A stretch of DNA of 64,000 nt. It comes from Bryobacterales bacterium (GTDB lineage Bacteria; Acidobacteriota; Terriglobia; Bryobacterales; UBA6623). Below are positions 1 to 10,900 of this stretch, piece after piece (the first letter of the stretch is position 1; each line of letters opens with the position of its first letter). A program made the position numbers and the translations under genes. The notes beneath the pieces are model-generated. The model was given only the letters and a program-made list of their open reading frames with translations. It had not been told where the DNA came from and did no database searches. The stretch lies in contig OZ252099.1 in the NCBI GenBank assembly GCA_965248305.1, positions 3,117,502-3,181,501 on the forward strand. The letters are read 5' to 3'.

Positions 1-1106
1 GAAATCACCGGGTGCTCGTACACTGCGCCTTGCGGCAGGCCCGCCGGCCATTTGACGATAAACGGCACGCGGACCCCACCTTCCAAGTGGTACCGCTTGG
101 CACCGCTGAGCGGCGTGTTGGTGCAGATAGCGTCAGATGCATAGTTGATGCAGCCGTTGTCGGACAGGAACACCACAAGTGTGTTCTGATCGAGTCCGTG
201 CCGGGCAAGAGCTGCCACGACATCCCCGACCGCATCGTCCAATGCCGCCACCATAGCGGCGAATAGACGTGGGCCCGGCCGCTCAATGTGCTCGAAGCGG
301 CTGACGTACTCCTGTGTCGCCTGAATGGGGGTGTGGGGAGCATTCGGCGTCAGCATCAAGAAAAAGGGCTCTTCCGCATGCCGGTCGATGAAGTCCACGG
401 CCCGGGACGCGAACACATCCGTCAGGTATTCCTCGACCTTGACGAGCTTGAAGCCGTCCATGATCTCGCGGGCGTCGTGCGCACTTGACCGATCCCCGGA
501 AAATGAGCCCGACCACGAATGTGCCCCTGGGGCCGCTGAATCGATGTAGCTCGTACCGCCCCCGAGGATTCCAAAGAACTCGTCAAACCCTCGGTTCAAC
601 GGATGGTATTGGTCGAGAACACCGAGATGCCATTTGCCGACTAGTCCGGTAGCGTAGCCGGCCTCCCGCATCAGGTCGCCGAGCGTCCGCTGATCCTCCG
701 GAAGTCCTAATTCCGCGTCAGGCCCCCTGGCGTAGTTCGCCGTGGGATTGTACTCATAGCCGAAACGGCTCTGAGAGCGTCCGGTGAATAGGCCCGCCCG
801 CGTGGGGCTGCACACGGCCGCCGAGACATAGCCGTCTGTGAACCGAACCCCCTGCCGGGCCAACGCGTCAATGTGAGGGGTGGTGATCGTCGTGGATCCG
901 TTTGCCCCGATGTCGCCGTAGCCGAGATCGTCGGCCACGATAACGACCACGTTGGGTGGTGGCACTGCAGTGCGTTCCGGGCCCCCACCAAGTTCGCACG
1001 CACCGGCAAGGGCGAGGGTCAGCCCCGCTAGAAGCACGACACATTGAGGATTGGCTGCCGTGGCGCTGCCCGCAGCACGCGGAGGTGACTGTGGGAGATC
1101 TCGCAT
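1..1106 (-). CDS. Formylglycine-dependent sulfatase (arylsulfatase A family); 3' end runs off the left edge
   Basis: Own minus-strand translation; this frame is absent from the ORF track because it has no stop in the window. ATG at 1106-1104, then a signal-like MRDLPQSPPRAAGSATAANPQCVVLLAGLTLALAGA. PPPNVVVIVADDLGYGDIGANG...CSPTRAGLFTGR follows (C-x-P-x-R sulfatase signature). The frame is still open at the edge (..IVKWPAGLPQGAVYEHPVIS). Confidence 0.9.
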   Translation of the reverse strand, partial: MRDLPQSPPRAAGSATAANPQCVVLLAGLTLALAGACELGGGPERTAVPPPNVVVIVADDLGYGDIGANGSTTITTPHIDALARQGVRFTDGYVSAAVCSPTRAGLFTGRSQSRFGYEYNPTANYARGPDAELGLPEDQRTLGDLMREAGYATGLVGKWHLGVLDQYHPLNRGFDEFFGILGGGTSYIDSAAPGAHSWSGSFSGDRSSAHDAREIMDGFKLVKVEEYLTDVFASRAVDFIDRHAEEPFFLMLTPNAPHTPIQATQEYVSRFEHIERPGPRLFAAMVAALDDAVGDVVAALARHGLDQNTLVVFLSDNGCINYASDAICTNTPLSGAKRYHLEGGVRVPFIVKWPAGLPQGAVYEHPVI

Positions 1107-1409
1107 CAGGGCCGTCTCGAGTGTCTTCCGGCTCCGGTCCGCCACCACAACCGCAAGAGCCCAATGAGCTCGCGCCGAGAGAGCCTTGGTTTCCGCGCCA
1201 CGCAAGCTTGCCGCGGGCGCTTCCATACCCGCTTGCGAACCGTTGAATATCATAGCTGCGATGCCGGCAGCAGTCCTCGTTTCGGCGCCTGCCAAGAACC
1301 CTTATCTCAGTCGAGGCCGTTCCACCGCTCTGCCCCGCCCCGCGAGCTGGGCGCCGGCCGTCCGCAATCTGCGAACCACCCGACTTGTGAGACGATTGGA
1401 TTTCGCCTG

Positions 1410-3716
1410 ATGCTAGGCACGGCCCCAATATCTTGCTTTCCCGGCGGTCCGGCACCGTTGCTGGCAAGGGTCAGGGTCTCGGCAACGCTAGGCCTGCTTT
1501 GCCTCGGCGCTGCAGCCACCGCGCAGACTGTTCCTAGCTCCGTTCCGATGGTGCGGGCCGCCAAGGTTGACACAGCGCCGGAGGTCGACGGCCTAGTCAA
1601 CGAGTCCGTCTGGGACGGGATCGATCCGGCAACCGACTTCATTCAGCAGAACCCCGACGAAGGGGCACTGTCAACGGAGCGCACCGAGGTGCGCATTGCC
1701 TTTGACGACGCGAATCTGTACTTCGGGATCATCTGCTTTGACAGCGATCCGGAGCACATCGTAGTCACCCAGAACCGGCGCGACGGCAGCCTAATCGACA
1801 CAGACTCGATCCAGCTGCTGATCGACGCTTACAACGACGGCCAGAATGCGTTCGTCTTCGGCACCAGCCCTACAGGCGTCGAGTTCGACGCCCAGGTGAC
1901 CAAGGCTGGCCAGACGCGGGGATCCGGGGGCGGGCCGGCAAGAGCTGGCGGGGCCGGCGGCGGGGGAGCACAGCGGGCAGGAGCGGCGGCCTTCAACCTC
2001 AACTGGGACGCAGTCTGGACGGTCCGTTCGCAGGTCACTGCACGGGGCTGGGAAAGCGAGATCTCGATTCCGTTCCAAACCCTGCGGTACAAGCCCGGCA
2101 AAGACCAGACCTGGGGTCTCAACATCTCGAGAAACCTGCGCCGTCGCAACGAGCTCTCATTCTGGTCCCCGGTATCGCGAGCATTTGAGTTCACCCAAGT
2201 CGAGATTGCTGGAAAGCTGAGCGGAATCGAAGCCCGAGCGCACCGCAACCTCAAACTGTTGCCGTACGTGGTTGGGGGGTTCTCACAAGATTTCCGGCTT
2301 GACGAAGGCCGGACTGATCGCAAGATCACGGGCGGGCTTGATGTGAAGTACGGCCTCACTCCGGGACTGACCCTAGACGGCACTGTGAACACAGACTTTG
2401 CGCAGGTCGAGGTCGATGACGTGCAGATCAACCTCACGCGCTTTGACCTTTTCTTCCCAGAGAAGCGTCCATTCTTCCTTGAGAACTCGGGCTTCTTTGA
2501 GTTCGGCTCACCGCGCGAAGTCGAAGTCTTCTTCTCGAGGCGCATCGGATTGGACGAAAACCGCCGCGAGGTGCCCATCGACGCGGGCGCACGGATCAGC
2601 GGCAAGGTCGGCAAGTACCAAGTCGGCCTGCTCAACATGCAGACGAGGGACATCGAGGGCCAAAGCCCGGCCAACAACTACTCTGTGGGCCGGGTGAGCC
2701 GAGAGTTGCCCAACCGCAGTTCGGTGGGGCTGATCGCGGTTAACCGACAGACCGTCGGCAATCGGGAGGGTTCGCGCGAGTACAACCGGTCGTTCGGCGC
2801 GGATGCAAACATCGGCATCGGCAAATACGGAAATTGGTTCAGCTACGCGGCAGGCACGCAGTCACCCGGCCTAGAGGGCAGTTCGCACGCCTACTCGAGC
2901 AGATTCGACTACGACGACGCCACACACCGGGTAAGCGTGAGCTACCTGGAGGTCGGAGAGAACTTCAATCCCGAAGTCGGATTTGTGAGACGGGTGAGAT
3001 TTCGCAAGCCAAGTGTTTCATATCGTTACACTTACTACCCAAAGAAAGGCGCTTGGAGGACAATCGAGCCGCACGCATTCTTCCAGCATTGGTACACCTT
3101 GGGGACGAATGAGAAGGAGTCCGGCTTCGAGCACTACCACTTGGATTCGAGGCTGCAGAACGGGGGGCGGCTCGGCTTGGCACATAACCGCAACTTCGAG
3201 CTCTTACGGAATCCGTTCAGAGTCTTTCCTGGCGTGAACGTCCCCGTGGGCAAGTATCAGTTCGGCGAGACTATCGCAAATTTCCAGAGCGACCCCAGCG
3301 CCGTGATATTCGGCGGCGGATCGTTTGCGGTGGGCAGCTTCTACGACGGAGACATAACGACTTACAGTCTGTCCGGGGGCGTTCGCAAGGGGCAAAACCT
3401 CACTTGGACCCTGACTTGGGCACGCAATATGATCGACCTGCCAGTCGGGGCCTTCAATACCGACCTTGCGACCCTGCGATTCAACTGGTCGATTACGTCC
3501 AAGAGCTATTTTCAAACGCTCAGCCAATACAGCAACCGCACCAATCAGCTGTCGCACAACATTCGGCTGGGCTTGCTGTCCACGTCTAGCACCGGCTTGT
3601 TCGTGGTCTACAACACAGGCATGCTGATGCGGGATTACTTGGATCCGCACAGCGTAGAGCGGCGCCTCGAAACGCACGCGTTCTTCGTCAAATTCAACTA
3701 TCTGCTGGATTACTGA
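1410..3716 (+). CDS. Secreted/outer-membrane protein with an N-terminal carbohydrate-binding (CBM9/DOMON-like) domain, DUF5916-type
   Basis: Track ORF 1164-3716. The in-frame ATG at 1410 gives a signal peptide (MLGTAPIS...LLCLGAAATAQ). The N-terminal block VDGLVNESVWDGIDPATDFIQQNPDEGALSTERTEVRIAFDDANLYFGIICFD is typical of this family. The C-terminal half is rich in beta-strand-like segments. Confidence 0.7.
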   Translation: MLGTAPISCFPGGPAPLLARVRVSATLGLLCLGAAATAQTVPSSVPMVRAAKVDTAPEVDGLVNESVWDGIDPATDFIQQNPDEGALSTERTEVRIAFDDANLYFGIICFDSDPEHIVVTQNRRDGSLIDTDSIQLLIDAYNDGQNAFVFGTSPTGVEFDAQVTKAGQTRGSGGGPARAGGAGGGGAQRAGAAAFNLNWDAVWTVRSQVTARGWESEISIPFQTLRYKPGKDQTWGLNISRNLRRRNELSFWSPVSRAFEFTQVEIAGKLSGIEARAHRNLKLLPYVVGGFSQDFRLDEGRTDRKITGGLDVKYGLTPGLTLDGTVNTDFAQVEVDDVQINLTRFDLFFPEKRPFFLENSGFFEFGSPREVEVFFSRRIGLDENRREVPIDAGARISGKVGKYQVGLLNMQTRDIEGQSPANNYSVGRVSRELPNRSSVGLIAVNRQTVGNREGSREYNRSFGADANIGIGKYGNWFSYAAGTQSPGLEGSSHAYSSRFDYDDATHRVSVSYLEVGENFNPEVGFVRRVRFRKPSVSYRYTYYPKKGAWRTIEPHAFFQHWYTLGTNEKESGFEHYHLDSRLQNGGRLGLAHNRNFELLRNPFRVFPGVNVPVGKYQFGETIANFQSDPSAVIFGGGSFAVGSFYDGDITTYSLSGGVRKGQNLTWTLTWARNMIDLPVGAFNTDLATLRFNWSITSKSYFQTLSQYSNRTNQLSHNIRLGLLSTSSTGLFVVYNTGMLMRDYLDPHSVERRLETHAFFVKFNYLLDY

Positions 3717-3990
3717 CGACGCCTCCAACGGACGAGTGCGGCCCTTGCCGACACGCCTCCCACCACCCTCGGAACGCTCAGAACGGACGAATAACGAGAA
3801 GCGAAGTTGACGACCCAGCGGGCAGTTCAAGGCCAAGGGACCATTTGCAAGAGATCGACCGCCGGGATTCCGTGTGGCGTAGAGAGAATTAAATCCTTCG
3901 CATAGATGGTCAGACCACCACATTTGCCACGCTAATGTCCTGCACTTGGCAATGCCTCTGGGCGAGCTAAGCCTGCGTGCTGCAATATAA

Positions 3991-4137
3991 GTTTCGGGAG
4001 CAGGGCGAAGCGCCGTGATCAAGCACGCCGAAGCGATGAATCTGGCCAATATCCACCTTGCCCTGTTGCAGCGCATGGGCATGGGAATCGAGAGCTTCGC
4101 CACCAGCGATAAAGCTGCCGAAGATCTCGCCGGCTAA
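3991..4137 (+). pseudogene. Orphan C-terminal remnant (~48 codons) of a DUF1552-type protein
   Basis: Own translation after the in-frame TAA at 3988-3990: VSGAGRSAVIKHAEAMNLANIHLALLQRMGMGIESFATSDKAAEDLAG*. It resembles the conserved C-terminus of DUF1552 proteins (..NLHLTLLxxMGVxxExFGDSTGxL). There is no upstream body. Confidence 0.4.
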
Positions 4138-4164
4138 CGTTACGAGGCGTTCGCCGAGCGGCAC

Positions 4165-4929
4165 TCACTGGACCGAGGCTGTGACGACGGCAACGCCCGG
4201 ACACTCGACCCGGATGTGCTCTTTCGGGCCGACAGGGTAGAGCGGCAAGGGCGAGCCCCCGAGCAGAATCTGCCCAGCGGTGAGCCCGATGTCGAACGCC
4301 GCCAGCCTGCAGGCGAGTTCGTGGAGCGTCTCCAGCGGATTGACGCTGGCGCTTTCGTCGATTCTGTCGCCGATCACTACGCGGATGTCGAGGCGGTCGA
4401 ACGAACCGGGCGATATCGTTTGTTCAGGAACAACGATCCCAGCGTGCAGTGCATTGTTTGCGACGATTTCGGATGCCGACGGAGCCGGGCCCCGGAACAG
4501 ATAGTTGTGTAACTCGATTACAGGAAACACCGCGCCCACGATTCGCTGCGGACAGTCGCGCAGCACATCTGGTTCCGGCACATCCTCGGCTAGCATCACC
4601 GCAAACTCGCCTTCGATTCCGAGATCGCAGAATTCATCCCCTGCCAACGACGCATGGCTGGAGCGGACCTCGCTCTGAAAGACATGCCCAAAGACGGCGT
4701 GTTCGATGCCGAGTTGGCTCCGAACGACCGGGCTCACGCAACCGATCTTGAATCCGGCGATCGACTCGCCCCTTGCAGTCCGGAGTCGCACGGTCTCGAT
4801 CTGCAAGAGGTACGCGTCTTCAACCGCCAGCTTGAAATCGCTCTCGGCGAATACCGTGCCGGGCGTGCGTGCGTCGTAGTCCCTGAGCTGTTTGCTAGCT
4901 AGGGATCGAATTTCTTTCAGCGGCGTCAT
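4165..4929 (-). CDS. 2-keto-4-pentenoate hydratase / 2-oxohepta-3-ene-1,7-dioate hydratase family (FAH superfamily) protein
   Basis: Track ORF 4165-4989, with a likely start at MTPLKEI (4929). MhpD/HpcG-like blocks are present: GFKIGCVSPVVRSQLGIEHAVFGHVF, GIEGEFAVML, AGQILLGGSP. Confidence 0.75.
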   Translation of the reverse strand: MTPLKEIRSLASKQLRDYDARTPGTVFAESDFKLAVEDAYLLQIETVRLRTARGESIAGFKIGCVSPVVRSQLGIEHAVFGHVFQSEVRSSHASLAGDEFCDLGIEGEFAVMLAEDVPEPDVLRDCPQRIVGAVFPVIELHNYLFRGPAPSASEIVANNALHAGIVVPEQTISPGSFDRLDIRVVIGDRIDESASVNPLETLHELACRLAAFDIGLTAGQILLGGSPLPLYPVGPKEHIRVECPGVAVVTASVQ

Positions 4930-5490
4930 GTCCTGCCCCGGGACTCCAGCACTGCCCTGCGTTCGTCTGCGCCTTCGCGAGTCCGGCACATGCAGTTGGA
5001 TGCATCCACTCGCCCGAGTTTACCGAGTTTGTGATTCCTACGCTGCGGGCCCGCGAATCATGGCGTCTTGCTGACCTACCATAAGTTGCTGATAAATTGA
5101 AAGTTAGCCCCTCATCCAGTGGTCGACCTAACTGCTGGCCTCCACGGACTTCTAGTGCAGCAGGCCAACTTCCCGCTCATGCGGGCTCGCTGCCGGGGGT
5201 GGTGCGACACACCAGATTGGGCTAGCGAACGCCGGATTGCATCAAGCCCCGAAACACCACCCAGCGGGGACGGCGCAACTCATCGTCTCGGGCTAGACCG
5301 ACGAGCGGTCACTCCTATCCTAGCCGCTCAAGCCATCTGCAGTACCGCCCCTTGAACGAAAGCGCCATGCCGAGAATCGCTATTTGGGCGTGTCCTGTCA
5401 AGGATTCCTCGAAACCTTGACACTAATTCTCCGTCACGGTAAACCAAGCCTCTCTTTTTGTGTCCTCACATGTTGCGGCCAATCTACAGA

Positions 5491-5586
5491 ATGCCTTCGC
5501 TACCCCTATCGGCCGAATTGGAAACCCGTCCGATCCTCAATGCTGCCGCTCTCGCCCACCGACATCTTGCGGAGCTGAAGGGTTAG
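5491..5586 (+). pseudogene. N-terminal remnant of a Fic/DOC-family protein (31 codons, then stop)
   Basis: Own translation: MPSLPLSAELETRPILNAAALAHRHLAELKG*. It matches the usual Fic N-terminal helix pattern (LPP..xLET..vl..l..A..aLAELKG). No Fic core follows. Confidence 0.35.
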
Positions 5587-5857
5587 GCGACTTCCGTTCC
5601 GTGAAGCCGGAACTTGTATGAGCGTTCTCTCATCATGTGGCGCAGACCTCCATCGTGCAGCCTCGCCCTGAGCGGGTGCGGCAGGTTGTCGTAGGGCAAC
5701 TTGGTCTCACTGCTTGAAAACATGACTGGCCCTGATAATGCACGACGCAGCGTGAGTTGACTTCAGCTACTGCGGATATCTGTTTTTCCCTGAGATCACT
5801 ACGGACAGCGCGCGGGACGCGAGCATAAGCTCGTACGTGGCCGATCGGACCCAGTTC

Positions 5858-6000
5858 TGGCGGGATACGAAACACCCCAACCAATCCGCGTCATAGGACA
5901 GCACGATCCAGCTCGGAGAGCAGTTTTTCAACGAGATCATCGCGCACCCTGTACCGATCGATCTGCACATCCTCAAGGCAGTGAACGGTCGTCCCTCGAC
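5858..6000 (+). pseudogene. Remnant of a plasmid RepA-like (RepA_C-type) replication initiator
   Basis: Own translation: WRDTKHPNQSAS*DSTIQLGEQFFNEIIAHPVPIDLHILKAVNGRPS, with an in-frame TAG at 5894-5896. It resembles the RepA_C block (..SEEFFxEIxxHPVPxDxxALKALKRS). The expected continuation (RSSLDLD..) is in another frame. Confidence 0.35.
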
Positions 6001-6171
6001 CTCGACACCCGCGATCCCCCAATGGCCAGCCCGCTCAGTCTCGTGGGATCGTGGCTCTCAAGGCCGGTACCAGCCGCGAGGTTGCCCCGTGGGCCGTCGT
6101 CAGTGTCGTGTGGGTGGCTCATCCTGATGAGGGTGCCGAGGACGGACTTCCGAGCGTACCGAGCGGAGCGT

Positions 6172-6581
6172 TTAGCCTAGCCGTGACGTCCCCCACACTA
6201 CCTTCACGTTAGGATAGTTCAGGATCCGGGCGTCGGCCGTGACAACAGCAGCAGACAGCCTCCGGGCTTCTGCGACGATAATCCGGTCCGCCGGATCACG
6301 GTGGAACGGCGCGGGCAACCCGTACGCTTCCTCGACGGACTCGAGCTCGATCGGTAGGACCGTCCAGCCGTTCAACTCCACATATTGGCGGAACCAGAGA
6401 CGCCAATGCCGATCCAGTTCGATGCGCCCGCGTTCAGCCGCGCACGCGATTTCCGCGCAACTAATCGCGGACACGCACACCTCCGTCTCCGCTGCCGCCA
6501 GGAGCCGCGTGGCTTGATCCGGGAGTTGTGCGGGGCGCTGATGGCCCAGATGACGGCACAGGTGTCGAGCACCACCGTCAC
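6172..6581 (-). pseudogene. vapC: PIN-domain toxin VapC, interrupted by a 1-nt frameshift
   Basis: The N-terminus MTVVLDTCAVIWAISAP (GTG at 6581) is in one frame. The rest (AQLPDQATRLLAAAETEVCVSAISCAEIA...ADRIIVAEARRLSAAVVTADARIL) is in the -1 frame (track ORF 6172-6591). Adding one C to the C4 run (G4 at 6532-6535 on +) restores a continuous ~136-aa PIN protein. Confidence 0.8.
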
Positions 6582-6832
6582 GAGGGGGCATCTCCCAGCA
6601 TGTCCCAGTCCTCTGGAGGAATCATCGGGTCGGTCAGATCCGACCTAACGACAACCGTGCCTTGGCCGCATCCGAGAACCGTTCGATTCCCCGCCCATGC
6701 GCGGATCGGCACGACGCGCGCGAGCGGCGTGTTCCGCTTCCGCACCTCGACCTCTTCGCCATTCGCCACGGCGTCGAGGTACGCGCTCAGGTGGTTTTTG
6801 AACTCGGCGATGTTGGCAATCTTCATGGCCAA
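6578..6832 (-). CDS. Phd/YefM-type type II antitoxin (VapB-like)
   Basis: 84 aa, MAMKIANIAEFKNHLSAYLDAVANGEEVEVRKRNTPLARVVPI. This is a typical Phd/YefM N-terminus. Its stop overlaps the vapC start (GTGA at 6578-6581). Confidence 0.85.
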   Translation of the reverse strand: MAMKIANIAEFKNHLSAYLDAVANGEEVEVRKRNTPLARVVPIRAWAGNRTVLGCGQGTVVVRSDLTDPMIPPEDWDMLGDAPS

Positions 6833-6990
6833 ATTATAGGCCCACTATGGGAGGACGACGACGAAGTTCTCTGGAACAGCCGGCAAGCCACCCAGCTAAC
6901 CCGCGCTCAATCGCGGCCAAGCGAACGAGGACTGTGAGCGCCTCGACGCGCTCTAGCGGCCCCTGGATGATCAGGATCGGCGGCTCGTCA

Positions 6991-7254
6991 TCAGGGCACC
7001 GCAGTAGCCATTGCTCGCGGGGCGTCGGCGAGCGAGACCAGATGGACGCTGCCGAGCCCGAGTTCGCGGCGGCGTCCCCGGACGACGAGGCGCTGGATCC
7101 AGCTGCGGGTTCCGGTAGGCTGTACGTAGAGGAACAAGCCATTCCCGTCGGTGTGCCGTCCGGGCGGGGCGGCAGGGACGAAGGCGGCCGAGAGGGCCTT
7201 GTGGGAGTGGGGGCCGCGGGGCTTGGTTCTTCGGGTTTCGGGGGCTGATTCCAT
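6991..7254 (-). pseudogene. N-terminal (arm-binding, DUF4102-type) remnant of a P4-like tyrosine integrase
   Basis: The block ...AAPPGRHTDGNGLFLYVQPTGTRSWIQRLVVRGRRRELGLGSVHLVSLADA matches the integrase N-terminal domain. No catalytic domain follows and downstream frames are broken. Confidence 0.6.
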
Positions 7255-7906
7255 TCCAGTACTGTTTACGGGAATGCCATGGATTTTTCAAGATGTTCTG
7301 GCCTGCTTAGGCGCTGGAATGTAGGTAAGAAATATCTATCACACAGTCACTTACGGCATAACGCTCAGTATGTTGGGTACTCACGGCGGAGAGGCTTCGA
7401 AGCAAGCGTTGTGCGGGCCGGGCAGACGATAACGTCAACACCCGCCTAGTCGAGCTATTCAGAGAAGATGACGACAATGCGCTGGGCTGAACTGGCTTGC
7501 ATCGCCGGTTGCGGAGACGCTGACCACCGAGGGACGAAGTCAGACTGGCGAACCGGCCGCTGGGCCGCCTTGGCCAGCCCCGTTTGGGTCGGGATTGGAT
7601 GCCAATAGTAGGGAATCGGGTTTGGTATTGAGGTGCAGATTCCGGCGTCGAGATCTTGACGCTGCCCTCAATTCGCATCATCAACCGCTGGCCTCTGCCT
7701 TTGCAGACACGTTCGCCGCATTCGCAAATCTGGCAAGGCGCTTGGTGAAGGTTTCCGGATCATCTCCATGCATCGCCAAGCCGTCAGGTAAGCTCAACTT
7801 GAACTCCGCCTAGAGCATTGACGATGCTGCCTGCCAGGCTGTCCACGCCCTGCTCGAGGCCGCCGTCTTCGAGCGACGCACTGCGCTGGGAATCTCGACA
7901 TAGCCG

Positions 7907-10900
7907 CTACCAAGTGTCGATGTAGGGTCTCTTCTTCGTAAGTCTAGGAGCGGCGCGAGGCACAGACCCAAGCGCGCCGGTGATGCAGCGGCGCGAATCG
8001 GCCGGATCGATCACGTCGTCGAACGCGAACGCGACTCCGGCATTGAGCGCTTTGCCCCGCTCACATGCCGCCGCGACGAGCTCTGCGTACCTCGTTGCGC
8101 GCTCCTCAGGATCGTCGATGGCCGCCAACTCGTTCCGGAATCCCAGCTTCATCTGCCCTTCGAGCCCCATTCCTCCGTGCTCTGCAGTGGGCCAGGCGAC
8201 GGTAAGCATCGGTCTCTTGGTGTGCCCTCCAGCCATCGCCTGCGCACCAAGGCCGTATGCCTTGCGCAGGATGATCGTGACGAGCGGAACGCTGAGATTC
8301 GCACCCGCCACGAACAGGCGACTGCAATGCCTCACCAGCGCGGTCCGCTCGATCTCCGGACCGACCATCATTCCCGGTGTGTCGCAGAGCACCACCACGG
8401 GAATGTCGAAGCAGTCGCACAGCTGCATGAATCGGGCCGCCTTGTCGGAGCCGTCGCTGTCGATCGCTCCTGAGAGAAACTGCGGATTGTTGGCAATAAT
8501 CCCGACAGGCCGGCCCTCGATCCGAGCCAAGGAGGTGATCATGCCCGGGCCGAACCTTGGCCTGAGTTCGAGGACGCTGTCGGAATCAGCAAGCACTCCG
8601 ATCAGTTCCCGAATGCTGTACACACGCAGCCGATTCTCAGGGACAATGCGACGCAGCAACCGTTGGTCGGCGCACTCCCACGTCTGAACTGCGCCTTGAA
8701 AATAGCTCAGATACTTCTTCGCGACCGCGACGGCCTCCGCTTCGTCCTTGACCGCCAAGTCAACGACGCCGTTGGGGACCTGAATCTCCATCGGCCCGAC
8801 CTCCTCCGGTCTGAAGACGCCAAGACCCCCGCCCTCGATCAGCGCCGGTCCGCCCATGCCGATGCTGGAATTCTCGGTCGCGATGATCACGTCACAGCAG
8901 CCCAGCAAGGACGCGTTTCCGGCGAAGCAGAATCTCGACGTGATCCCAACAAGCGGCACCAACCCGCTCAGGCTGCCCAGTGTGGCGAAGGTGGGTGTGT
9001 CGAGCGGCCGGTACATGTCGTCGGACCGCCCTTGGCCCGCCGCTGTGGTCGCTCCGCCGCCCTCGCGCTTGCCCCCCGTGCCAGCCCTGCCACCGCCGCC
9101 CTCGGCAAAGAGCATGACCGGACGACGCCACTTGGTGGCAACCTCCAGCATGCGGTCGGTCTTCACGTGGTTCAGAACCCCTTGGGTGCCTGCCAGCACG
9201 GTGTAGTCATACGCCAGCACGACACAGCGCGAAGCTTCGCCGGGAAACTCCGCCCCGTTCACACTGCCAATGCCCGTGATCATCCCGTCAGCGGGAAACT
9301 TTCGGATCACTTCGTCCCTGAGGAGTCCACTGCCAGGGGTAAGCACCAGCTGGCCGTATTCAACGAAGCTTTCTGGATCGCAGAGGTCCTCCACGTTTTC
9401 CCGAGCGGTGCGCTGACCGGTTCGGCGACGCTTCTCCACCGCATCGGGGCGAGCCGCATCAAGCGTGACGGCGTGACGTTCCTGAACTTCGGCAAGGTCA
9501 GGCCGAACGAAGTCCAATCCCACATTGTCAGCGCCCTGTGCGCTCTCGATTTCAATCTCCCGCTCCTCGATGAATGCGAGCGGGTGGCCCGCGTAGACCG
9601 TATCGCCCGCAGCCACGTTGATTTCGAGCACGATTCCGCTCGCCCCGGCCCGGATCTCATGCTCCATCTTCATCGAGTCCATGACCAGCACTAAGGATTG
9701 CGGGCCGACCTCGTCGCCTACGGCCACCTCGACGCTGACGATGGTTCCCTGCATCGCGGCGCTGAGCTGCTGGCCGCCATCCTTGCGCATTTGTGGCAAA
9801 GGTCCGTCAGAACTCCGCGCACGGGGCCTTTTGCCGTAGGAGAGAACAGCTAGGGGGTCGTTCGGATCGACCCTGGCACCCGCTATTCCACCCGCGGTCT
9901 CGGCTGGGTCGGCAGAGGCGAAGAAGCGCTTCTGGAGCGGGGTGCACCCAGCCAGCGATTCGATCTGCTCGTCCACGAAGCGGGTATGCACATTCCAGTC
10001 GGAGACGTCTGCGTGCGAGAGCAGCGCCTGCAAGAACGGGATGTTGGTCTCGAAGCCCTCGATCCGAAAATCGCTGAGCGCCCTAGAAGTGCGCCTGAGG
10101 GCGCGTGAGAGGTCGCCATCGTGGGCGTGGCCGACTACCTTTGCCAAGAGCGAATCGAAATTCGGACTTGGACGAAAACCGGCATAGCCGAAAGTGTCTA
10201 CCCTGATGCCCCGCCCTGCCGGCAGGTCGAACGCCTCGAGCGTGCCACCGGTTGGCTGCGCGGCACCATCCGGCAGCATGACTTCCATGTTCACCCGCGC
10301 TTGAACCGCAATGCCTCGCGCCGCGGCGACGGATCGCGCTGAGAAACCCAGCGCATCGAGCGATTCGCCGCGGGCGAGCCGAATCTGCAATTGCACCAGG
10401 TCGATGCCGGTCACCTCCTCAGTCACGGTGTGCTCCACCTGCAAGCGGGCATTGGCCTCGATGAAATAGAAATTCGAACCTTCCACCAAGAATTCGAACG
10501 TGCCGAGGCTTTGATAGTTCGCCGCCTCCGCTAGGGCGAGCGACGCGACCACGATGCCGTGGCGGACATCGTCTGGCAGGCTGGGTGCCGGGCCGATCTC
10601 TAGAATCTTCTGATTGCGGCGCTGCAGCGAGCAGTCCCGATCACCGAAACATGCCAGCCCGCCGCTGGAATCCCCGGCGATCTGCACTTCGACGTGGCGA
10701 GCACCGGCCACGAATCGCTCGACATACACATCGGGCACTCCAAATGCCGCTTGCGCCTCGGACTGCGCTCTCGAATGCGCAGCTTCGAGCTGGTCGGCTT
10801 CGGCAACCAAGCGAATGCCCCGGCCCCCGCCTCCGGAGACCGCCTTGACGAGTACGGACGAGCCAGCAGGCAGGGACGCGAAGAATTCCCGGGCACGGTC

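Noticed and set aside
7255-7906. Search for a tRNA gene/att site next to the integrase remnant, and a coding call for ORF 7307-7684 (-).
   Set aside because: No tRNA-like T-arm/acceptor pattern was seen by eye, and the ORF has no recognisable motif. tRNAscan-SE/Aragorn would be needed to be sure.
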